Program-made: the position numbers and the translations under genes
Notes under the pieces: generated by a model
The model's input: the letters and a program-made list of their open reading frames with translations, nothing else
Databases searched by the model: none
Told to the model about the DNA's origin: nothing
Part shown: positions 26,554 through 32,877 of the stretch, piece by piece
Layout: every line of letters starts with the position of its first letter
Position numbering within the stretch: position 1 is the stretch's first letter
Origin: an uncultured Caldilineaceae bacterium
Lineage (GTDB): Bacteria > Chloroflexota > Anaerolineae > Caldilineales > Caldilineaceae
DNA length: 32,877 nt
Direction of reading: 5' to 3'
Assembly (NCBI GenBank): GCA_964370975.1
Contig: CAYJNV010000006.1
Span: forward strand, 1-32,877

Positions 26554-27183
26554 ATGCTGAAGAGACACGCTACTTCGTCTATTGTGATACTTATGTTCTT
26601 GACGCTTGCACTGACAGCTTGCGGGAAGGACAAGGCGCCGACCGCTTCGTCTGCAGCGGACCAACCGTCCGCCACTTCGATCCCGGCGCCCGTGGCGGGG
26701 GGGGCTGCGGAGTCACCGTTGCTTTCGGCGGGCGACTCGCCCGTTGCTACACCGGTGTCCGAGTCACCCATCGTCACACCTGAGCGTGAGGTTTCGGGCA
26801 TGACCGGCGAGACCTCTGGCGAGACGGGTGCGATAACGGGGAAGATTCTCATCTCCCGCGACGGCGCCGACGTGCCTGTCGCAGGCATGATCATCGGTCT
26901 GGCCGAAGTCATTCGCGACGAAAACGGCAACCCGCAAGCCACTGGATATGCCCCGGACACGGCCAAGAAGGGCACGACTCATGACGACGGCGGCTTTGCA
27001 GTCAACCTGGTGCCACCAGGTATGTATTCACTGATCCTCGATGCCGTAATTACTTCGTACCAACTTGAGAATCCCGTCACTGGGGAAACAATCCTCGTTG
27101 AGGTTGAGTCCGGGGAGGTGGTGGACGTGGGCGTGCTGCGCTACAGTACGCTGCCCGTGCCCGGCTTTAGCGATTCAAACTAG
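26554..27183 (+). CDS. lipoprotein with S/T/P/A-rich linker and C-terminal beta-sandwich (carboxypeptidase-regulatory-like) domain
   Basis: The signal peptide carries the lipobox LTLALTA|C. The low-complexity linker reads [46 protein letters not shown]. Then [38 protein letters not shown] resembles a CarboxypepD_reg-like fold. GAGG SD 5 nt upstream. Confidence 0.75.
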   Translation: MLKRHATSSIVILMFLTLALTACGKDKAPTASSAADQPSATSIPAPVAGGAAESPLLSAGDSPVATPVSESPIVTPEREVSGMTGETSGETGAITGKILISRDGADVPVAGMIIGLAEVIRDENGNPQATGYAPDTAKKGTTHDDGGFAVNLVPPGMYSLILDAVITSYQLENPVTGETILVEVESGEVVDVGVLRYSTLPVPGFSDSN

Positions 27184-27271
27184 GCGCCGAAATCGTGTGC
27201 GATTCCGCGTTGACTGGCAACTGGGAATATTCGTTCCCCTCAACCCGCATCTCCATCCAGACTGCCTCGAC

Positions 27272-27985
27272 ATGACCACCCAACCCCGCATCACCATCCT
27301 GGTCGTCGACGACGAACCGCGCATGGTGCGCTTCGTCAAAATGAACCTCGACCTCGAGGGCTATTTCACGCTCGAGGCCAACAATGGCATGGTGGCGCTC
27401 GAGAAGGTGCGCGACTTCAACCCCGACCTGGTGCTGCTTGACGTGGAAATGCCCGGTATGGATGGCTTCGAGACGCTCAAGCGGCTGCGCCAGATCAGCG
27501 ACACCTCGGTCATCATGCTCACCGTGCGCTCGGATGAAGACGACAAGATCAAGGGGCTGGACCTGGGCGCGGACGACTACATCACCAAGCCCTTCAGCCC
27601 GCGCGAGCTTTCAAGTCGAGTGCGCGCCGTGCTGCGTCGCGCCGAGAACAGCGGCCGTCTCGAGAAGCAGACAATCACAATTGACGATCGCCTGCAGGTG
27701 GACCTGCAGCGGCGTGACGTGATCGTGGATGGCGAGCGCATCAACCTGCGCCCGACCGAGTATCGCCTGCTCTACCAACTCATTCAGAACGCGGGCTGGG
27801 TCATCCCCCACGAGACGCTGCTCACGAAAGTGTGGGGGCCAGAGTACCTCAACGACAATCACCTGCTGCGCCTCTACGTCACCTACTTGCGCAAGAAGAT
27901 TGAGCCGCACCCGGAATCTCCGCAGTACATCTTCACCGAGCGGGGGCTTGGCTACCGCTTTGTGGACTACAAGCGCAGCAACTAG
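27272..27985 (+). CDS. OmpR/PhoB-family response regulator (receiver plus winged-helix DNA-binding domain)
   Basis: [24 protein letters not shown] (phospho-acceptor Asp), LTVRSD and [10 protein letters not shown] form the receiver. [18 protein letters not shown] is the winged helix. I trimmed the maximal ORF (from 27065) to ATG 27272. Confidence 0.9.
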   Translation: MTTQPRITILVVDDEPRMVRFVKMNLDLEGYFTLEANNGMVALEKVRDFNPDLVLLDVEMPGMDGFETLKRLRQISDTSVIMLTVRSDEDDKIKGLDLGADDYITKPFSPRELSSRVRAVLRRAENSGRLEKQTITIDDRLQVDLQRRDVIVDGERINLRPTEYRLLYQLIQNAGWVIPHETLLTKVWGPEYLNDNHLLRLYVTYLRKKIEPHPESPQYIFTERGLGYRFVDYKRSN

Positions 27986-27999
27986 CGTCCACCGCTATA

Positions 28000-28074
28000 C
28001 ACATTCATCACAGATAAGGGACAGATTGCGACGGACAGTTCGTTGTCGTCTGTCCCTCATTTGTGATGAGTGTG
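28000..28074 (+). terminator. 75-nt rod-like hairpin directly after the response-regulator stop (terminator or structured RNA)
   Basis: The 25-nt arms 28000-28024 and 28050-28074 pair with 22 Watson-Crick pairs, 2 G-U pairs and 1 mismatch when read as plus-strand RNA. An inner stem is capped by a UUCG loop (28039-28042). No U-tract follows. Confidence 0.4.
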
Positions 28075-28119
28075 TGCAGCCACCGTGACGCTTGCGACAG
28101 AATTCACGGCCCCGCGCGT

Positions 28120-28148
28120 TTGATATTGGCCCGCGCCTGGTGTACAAT
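28120..28148 (+). promoter_or_regulatory. sigma70-type promoter for rpsB-tsf (-35 TTGATA, 17-nt spacer, -10 TACAAT)
   Basis: TTGATA at 28120-28125 and TACAAT at 28143-28148 are separated by exactly 17 nt. Each matches its consensus at 5 of 6 positions. This implies a leader of about 160 nt before ATG 28316. Confidence 0.5.
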
Positions 28149-28315
28149 TCTCCTTCGGTGTCCAGGCACAAGCGCACAGGCGCGGCCGGATGCCACGTCT
28201 ATCCATCCTGCACGCCCCCGGACCGGCGAACCGGGTGCCATACGCTGCTTTCACGTGCGTGTGGTCAGTTCGCGGAATGAAGGGTGCGGAAGAACAACCC
28301 ATAGGAGAAATTCAC

Positions 28316-29227
28316 ATGGCAGTCACAATGAAGGAACTGCTGGAGGCGGGCGTCCACTTCGGCCACCGCACCCAGCGCTGGAACCCCAAAATGCGCCCGT
28401 ACATCTTCACCGAGCGCAGCGGTATTCACATTATTGACCTGCAGCAGACGCTGGCGGAGTTGAACGCCGCATCCAAACGCATCAGCGATGTCGTTGCCAA
28501 GGGCGGCACAGTGCTCTTTGTGGGCACCAAACGCCAGGCGCAGGCCACCATCCGCGCCGAGGCTGAACGCTGCCAAATGCCCTATGTCAGCGAGCGCTGG
28601 CTGGGCGGCACGCTCACCAACTGGGCCACCATTCGCCAGCGGCTCGAGTACCTGCTCACCACCGAGCGCAAAATGGATAGCGGCGAGTTCAAGAATTACA
28701 CCAAAAAAGAGCGCCTGAGTATCCAGCGCGACGTAGACAAACTCAACCGGCGCATTGGCGGCCTCAAGGTCATGCGCAAGCTACCCGACATCGTCTTCGT
28801 GGTCGACACAAGCCTCGAGGACCTGGCCGTGATCGAGGCCAGCCGCCTGCACATCCCGGTCGTGGGCATGGTTGACACAAACGCCGACCCCACGCCCATC
28901 GAGTATGTCGTCCCCAGCAATGACGACGCCATCCGCTCCGTCAAGCTGATTGTCTCGGTGATTGCCGACGCCGTCATGGAAGGCATTCACGTACGCGACC
29001 AGGTGCAGGTCGACTCGGGCGTGAGCCAGGGTGAAATGGCCGACATGGAGCAGTACTTGGGGCCGAGCACGCTGGCCAAGCTGCGCGGCATAGATGACGA
29101 AGAGATTGTCGAAGCGCTCGAAGGAGCGATTGACGCCGAGCTAGACGAAGTTGCAGAAGAGATGCTCGTCGACCTGTCCGAGATCGAAGTCCCTGATGCC
29201 GAAGCCGGCGCAGAGACTGCAGCCTAA
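28316..29227 (+). CDS. rpsB: 30S ribosomal protein S2 (with acidic C-terminal extension)
   Basis: [31 protein letters not shown] is the canonical S2 N-terminus. AGGAG at 28303-28307 serves as SD. I trimmed the maximal ORF (from 28190). Confidence 0.95.
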   Translation: MAVTMKELLEAGVHFGHRTQRWNPKMRPYIFTERSGIHIIDLQQTLAELNAASKRISDVVAKGGTVLFVGTKRQAQATIRAEAERCQMPYVSERWLGGTLTNWATIRQRLEYLLTTERKMDSGEFKNYTKKERLSIQRDVDKLNRRIGGLKVMRKLPDIVFVVDTSLEDLAVIEASRLHIPVVGMVDTNADPTPIEYVVPSNDDAIRSVKLIVSVIADAVMEGIHVRDQVQVDSGVSQGEMADMEQYLGPSTLAKLRGIDDEEIVEALEGAIDAELDEVAEEMLVDLSEIEVPDAEAGAETAA

Positions 29228-29308
29228 TCATCCAGGCCGCCCACCGTGGCGACCGAACGCACAAAGGCTCCGCACCAGAGGCGCGGGGCGACGAATGGAG
29301 AATGACAT

Positions 29309-29905
29309 ATGGCCGTAGTAACCGCCGAGATGGTGAAGCTGCTGCGCGAGGCAACCGACGCCGGCGTTCTGGACTGCAAGAAGGCGCTCACCGAGAATGA
29401 CGGCGACTTTGAAAAGGCCGCCGATTACCTGCGCAAGAAGGGGCTCGCCAAGGCTGCAAGCAAGACCAGCCGCGCCGCCAACGAAGGCATCATTGGCGAG
29501 TACATGCACAGTAACAACAAGATGGCCGCGTTGGTGCGCCTCAACTGCGAGACGGACTTCGTGGCCCGCAACGAGACTTTCCAGCAACTGGCGCGCGAAA
29601 TCGCCATGCAGGTAGCCGCGAGCCGCCCGCTCTACGTGGCGCGCGAGGACGTCCCCGCCGCAGACGTTGCCAAGGAAAAGGAAATCTACGCCGCACAGAT
29701 GGCCGAAAGCGGCAAGCCCGCCGCCGTCATCGAGCGGATTGTGGAAGGCAAGCTCGACAAGTGGTATGGCGAAGTCTGCCTGCTTGAGCAGCCCAACATC
29801 CGCAACGCCGACGTGACCATCCAGCAGATGCTCACCGAGGCGATTGCCAAGCTTGGCGAAAACATCAAGATTGGCGGATTCAGCCGCCTTGCCATCGGCG
29901 AGTAA
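29309..29905 (+). CDS. tsf: translation elongation factor Ts (short ~200-aa form)
   Basis: [42 protein letters not shown] is the canonical UBA-like N-terminus of EF-Ts. The gene follows rpsB, as is usual. Confidence 0.95.
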   Translation: MAVVTAEMVKLLREATDAGVLDCKKALTENDGDFEKAADYLRKKGLAKAASKTSRAANEGIIGEYMHSNNKMAALVRLNCETDFVARNETFQQLAREIAMQVAASRPLYVAREDVPAADVAKEKEIYAAQMAESGKPAAVIERIVEGKLDKWYGEVCLLEQPNIRNADVTIQQMLTEAIAKLGENIKIGGFSRLAIGE

Positions 29906-29919
29906 CGCAAATGCAACGG

Positions 29920-29956
29920 ACGAATGCCCAGCCCAGGTGGCTGGGCATTCGTTTAT
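29920..29956 (+). terminator. intrinsic terminator after tsf
   Basis: ACGAATGCCCAGCC-caggt-GGCTGGGCATTCGT is a perfect 14-bp stem followed by TTAT, starting 15 nt after the tsf stop. Confidence 0.6.
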
Positions 29957-29983
29957 GCAGAATCGGCGCGGCCTGGCGCGACA

Positions 29984-29992
29984 TGGTATAGT
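29984..29992 (+). promoter_or_regulatory. candidate extended -10 promoter TGgTATAGT for pyrH
   Basis: The exact string TGGTATAGT lies 43 nt upstream of ATG 30035, downstream of the tsf terminator. Confidence 0.4.
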
Positions 29993-30034
29993 CAGGTCGT
30001 GGAGCGACCGCGTCACACAACGAGGAGAAGGACG

Positions 30035-30754
30035 ATGGCAGAAATCAAATATCGGCGCATCCTGCTCAAACTGGGTGGCGAGGCGCTGGCAGGCGAAGGC
30101 GGCTTTGGCATTAACCCCAGCCAGGCCGAGTTTGTAGCGCAAAAGGTCGTGCAAATCGTCAACATGGGCGTGCAAGTGGCGCTGGTGATCGGCGGCGGCA
30201 ACCTCTGGCGCGGCAAGCAGGACGGGCTGGACCACGGCATGGAGCGGGTGACCGCCGACCACATGGGCATGCTCGCCACAGTGATGAACTCGCTGGCGCT
30301 GCAGGATGCGCTCGAGCGCGAGGGCATCCCCACGCGTGTGATGACGGGGATTGAGGTGCGCGCTCTCGCCGAGCCATACATTCAGCGGCGCGCAATCCGC
30401 CACCTGGAAAAGGGGCGCGTCATCATCTTCGGCGCAGGCACAGGCAACCCCTACTTCACGACCGACACGGCCGCCAGCCTGCGCGCCATGGAGATTGACG
30501 CCGAATTGCTGGTCAAGGCGACGAAAGTCGACGCCGTTTACGATATGGACCCCAAGAAGAACGCCAACGCCGTTCCCTACCAGACGCTCACCTACATCGA
30601 AGCGCTGAACCGCCGGCTGGGCGTAATGGACAGCACCGCCATGGCCATGTGCATGGACAACGATCTGCCCATTCAGGTCGTGAACCTGTGGGCCGAGGAC
30701 ACGCTCGTCAAGGTGGTGACGGGGCAGCCCGTCGGGACTATCATTACGGCTTGA
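30035..30754 (+). CDS. pyrH: UMP kinase
   Basis: [45 protein letters not shown] are canonical PyrH motifs. GAGGAG SD at 30022-30027. I trimmed the maximal ORF (from 29924). Confidence 0.95.
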   Translation: MAEIKYRRILLKLGGEALAGEGGFGINPSQAEFVAQKVVQIVNMGVQVALVIGGGNLWRGKQDGLDHGMERVTADHMGMLATVMNSLALQDALEREGIPTRVMTGIEVRALAEPYIQRRAIRHLEKGRVIIFGAGTGNPYFTTDTAASLRAMEIDAELLVKATKVDAVYDMDPKKNANAVPYQTLTYIEALNRRLGVMDSTAMAMCMDNDLPIQVVNLWAEDTLVKVVTGQPVGTIITA

Positions 30755-30804
30755 GCGGCTGATTGGTTCATTGGCAGTAGATTCCTGCGAACTGACAACT
30801 CACA

Positions 30805-30933
30805 TTACGCAGCGCGTTCGCTGTTTGTAGCGGAACGCCTCCCGGCCTTCGTTTTGGCGCTCTGCGTGCAGGAATTTCAAGAGACGCGAAGGCCGAGAGG
30901 CCTTCCGCTACAAACAGCGAACGCGCTGCGTAA
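30805..30933. repeat. 129-nt near-perfect inverted repeat (long hairpin) in the pyrH-frr spacer
   Basis: Arms 30805-30835 and 30903-30933 are perfect 31-nt reverse complements. The pairing extends inward through 30836-30851 and 30887-30902 with 14 of 16 pairs. The loop is about 35 nt. Confidence 0.7.
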
Positions 30934-31101
30934 CATGGGTTGGTAATCGGCCACAGGAAACTGGCAGTGATGAGCGGAGTCTCTTTCCCGCTCTTCAATT
31001 GCCGATCTTCAGTCAATATTTGCGCGCCTCGCCAGGTTTGCTGACGACCCGGTGAGCAAGTTTCCTTGCGCACACGCTTGTTTCCTGCGCGGCCCGCTTT
31101 C

Positions 31102-31110
31102 TGCTACAAT
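31102..31110 (+). promoter_or_regulatory. candidate extended -10 promoter TGcTACAAT for frr-uppS-cdsA
   Basis: The exact string TGCTACAAT lies 94 nt upstream of ATG 31204. Confidence 0.35.
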
Positions 31111-31203
31111 CGAAGCGGAAGACGCGGGCCGCCATACGGCCTTGCCAGTTGCTCCCCATCCATCTATCTTAACCACCGTCCCTCCACACAAGGAGTCCTC
31201 CTC

Positions 31204-31761
31204 ATGATCGATGATGTCCTGCATGAGGCAACGGAGCGCATGAACAAGGCGATCGAGTCGCTCCGCCACGATTTTCTCACAATCCGCACGGGCCGGGCCA
31301 CGCCCGCGCTGGTGGATGGCATCAAGGTCGACTATTACGGCGTGCCCACGCCGCTGCAGCAGTTGGCCACAATCTCAATTCCCGAGGCGCAGCAGATCAT
31401 GATCAAACCCTATGCCAAGGGCGACATGCACATGATTGAGAAGGCAATTGCCACCTCGGACCTGGGGCTGACCCCCAACAACGACGGGCTGGCCATCCGC
31501 CTGAATATCCCTTCACTCAACGAAGAGCGCCGTCGCGAACTCACGAAAGTGGTCAACAAACGGACGGAAGAGGCGCGCGTGGCTGTGCGCAACATTCGCC
31601 GCGACGCGATCCACGACCTCAAGGAGTTCGAGAAGGAGCACCTCATTTCAGAGGATGACCTGGAAGTGGGCGAGAAGCGCATCCAGGAGAAGACCGACGC
31701 GATGATCAAGCGCGTTGACGAATTGGCGCACGACAAGGACGTCGAGATCATGACGGTCTAG
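31204..31761 (+). CDS. frr: ribosome recycling factor
   Basis: [46 protein letters not shown] is the canonical RRF sequence. AGGAG at 31191-31195. I trimmed the maximal ORF (from 31066). Confidence 0.95.
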   Translation: MIDDVLHEATERMNKAIESLRHDFLTIRTGRATPALVDGIKVDYYGVPTPLQQLATISIPEAQQIMIKPYAKGDMHMIEKAIATSDLGLTPNNDGLAIRLNIPSLNEERRRELTKVVNKRTEEARVAVRNIRRDAIHDLKEFEKEHLISEDDLEVGEKRIQEKTDAMIKRVDELAHDKDVEIMTV

Positions 31762-31808
31762 CGCCAACACGAGCCACCAACGCGCATTCCATTTTCAGGA
31801 GCCTTGCC

Positions 31809-32591
31809 TTGAGCAGTCAGCCTTTCGAGCAGCGTCCCCAATTGAGTTCAGTCCCGCGCCATGTCGGCATCATTATGGACGGCAACGGTCGCTGGGCACA
31901 GAACCGCGGGCTGCCGCGCCTCGCCGGCCATCGCGCCGGTGTGGACAACATCAAGCGCATTCTCGAGAGCTGCGTCGAATTCGGTGTCGAAGTCCTCTCG
32001 ATTTATGCGTTCTCCACCGAGAATTGGCGCCGCCCGCCCGATGAGGTCACCGGGCTCATGCGGCTGCTGGGATTAACGATACAGCGCCAGTTGGGCGACC
32101 TCAACCGCAACGGCGTGAAGATCGTTCACAGCGGGCGGCTGGAAGGAATCGACCCGCAGCTCCAGCGCCAGGTGCGCAATGCACTCGAAGTGACGAAGGA
32201 CAACAGCCGCATTATCCTCAACGTGGCCTTCAACTACGGCGGGCGCGCCGAAATCCTCGATGCCGTGCGCCGCATCATGCAGGAAGGCATCGCACCCGAA
32301 AATGTCACCGAGGAGCTCCTGAGCCACCACCTCTATGTGGCCGACCTGCCCGACCCCGATCTGATTATTCGCACGGGAGGCGAGTGGCGTCTGAGCAACT
32401 TCCTGTTGTGGCAGGCAGCCTACGCCGAGTATTATCAGACCCCCACGTTCTGGCCCGACTTCAACGAAGACGAACTATACCGTGCGCTGGCAACCTATGC
32501 CGGGCGACAGCGGCGTTTCGGCGGCGTCGTGGCCCAGGGACCTCCAGTCGACAATTCACAGTCTCCTGCGACGCCCGTCGCACAAGTTTAG
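31809..32591 (+). CDS. uppS: isoprenyl transferase (undecaprenyl/polyprenyl diphosphate synthase)
   Basis: [24 protein letters not shown] and [21 protein letters not shown] are canonical cis-prenyltransferase motifs. TTG start with AGGAG 8 nt upstream. Confidence 0.9.
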   Translation: MSSQPFEQRPQLSSVPRHVGIIMDGNGRWAQNRGLPRLAGHRAGVDNIKRILESCVEFGVEVLSIYAFSTENWRRPPDEVTGLMRLLGLTIQRQLGDLNRNGVKIVHSGRLEGIDPQLQRQVRNALEVTKDNSRIILNVAFNYGGRAEILDAVRRIMQEGIAPENVTEELLSHHLYVADLPDPDLIIRTGGEWRLSNFLLWQAAYAEYYQTPTFWPDFNEDELYRALATYAGRQRRFGGVVAQGPPVDNSQSPATPVAQV

Positions 32592-32605
32592 CCGCACCTC
32601 CCCCC

Positions 32606-32877
32606 ATGCTGCTGCGCACCCTGGTTGGCGTCTCCTCCTTCGCGGTAGTAGTCGCCATTTCCTGGCTCGGTGGCTGGTGGTTCGCGGCCATGGCCATCGT
32701 CGCCATGCTGCTGGGCGGCTTTGAATTCTACGGCATGGAGATACGCGGGGGATTCCACCCGCAAGTGCTGTTGGGGATGGTGTGGCTGTCTGCGCTTGCT
32801 TTCTCGGGATGGCAGCCGGCGCTGCTGCCGGCTTCGCTTGTTCTCTTTCTGGGCTTCGTGGCTGTCTTCGTTTGGGC
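32606..32877 (+). CDS. cdsA: phosphatidate cytidylyltransferase, 3'-truncated by the window edge
   Basis: My own translation from ATG 32606 is MLLRTLVGVSSFAVVVAISWLGGWWFAAMAIVAMLLGGFEFYGM... This is a hydrophobic CdsA-like N-terminus in the conserved position after uppS. It runs open to the window end and is absent from the ORF track because it has no stop. Confidence 0.7.
   Translation, partial: MLLRTLVGVSSFAVVVAISWLGGWWFAAMAIVAMLLGGFEFYGMEIRGGFHPQVLLGMVWLSALAFSGWQPALLPASLVLFLGFVAVFVW

Noticed and set aside
27210-27215. TTGACT -35-like hexamer upstream of the response-regulator gene. There are also TACAAT boxes at 26445-26450 and on the minus strand at 8472-8477.
   Set aside because: None has a partner element at 16-18 nt spacing or a correctly placed TG extension. 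Isolated hexamers are expected by chance.
30768-31073. 101-aa minus-strand ORF in the pyrH-frr spacer.
   Set aside because: It is laid directly across the 129-nt inverted repeat, so part of it is a mirror translation of the palindrome. It has no SD and no recognisable motifs. The open frame is probably a by-product of the repeat.
1-32877. Search for CRISPR arrays, tRNA/rRNA genes, transposases, integrases, toxin-antitoxin pairs and phage genes.
   Set aside because: I saw no regularly spaced direct repeats, no cloverleaf-like or rRNA-like segments, and no ORF with DDE, tyrosine-recombinase or serine-recombinase motifs. The two long hairpins are single inverted repeats, not arrays.

Overview
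High-GC bacterial chromosomal window with about 30 credible genes. Gene content and promoter style suggest a filamentous Chloroflexota-like monoderm, but that taxon call is only a guess. Left part: three translationally coupled GT-C membrane glycosyltransferase paralogs (2-5891). A convergent LonC-like protease with degenerate Walker motifs follows (5901-8456). Next is a minus-strand operon of glycoside hydrolase, orphan solute-binding protein and metallophosphoesterase (8546-11474), then an M50 protease, an HD hydrolase and a prephenate-dehydrogenase-like gene. Centre (14.2-24.6 kb): a compact glycan-assembly island. It holds a polyprenyl-phosphate-type GT2, two GT-B transferases, a second GT2, a fourth GT-C enzyme, four SAM methyltransferases and a UPF0104/LPG-synthase-TM-like putative flippase. 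I see no Wzx/Wzy, ABC exporter, priming phosphoglycosyltransferase or nucleotide-sugar genes in the window. Immediately downstream lie an apparently monocistronic, visibly AT-richer gene for a secreted protein built from four ~100-aa repeats (24965-26293), an S/T/P-rich lipoprotein and an orphan OmpR-type response regulator. Right part: the conserved rpsB-tsf-pyrH-frr-uppS-cdsA block, broken up by promoters, hairpin terminators and a 129-nt near-perfect inverted repeat. I recognised no tRNA/rRNA, CRISPR array, transposase or integrase. The best candidate for something new is the island plus the adjacent repeat protein and lipoprotein, read as a lipid-linked, methylating surface-glycan or glycoprotein system. 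All family assignments come from motif reading by eye and need profile searches.
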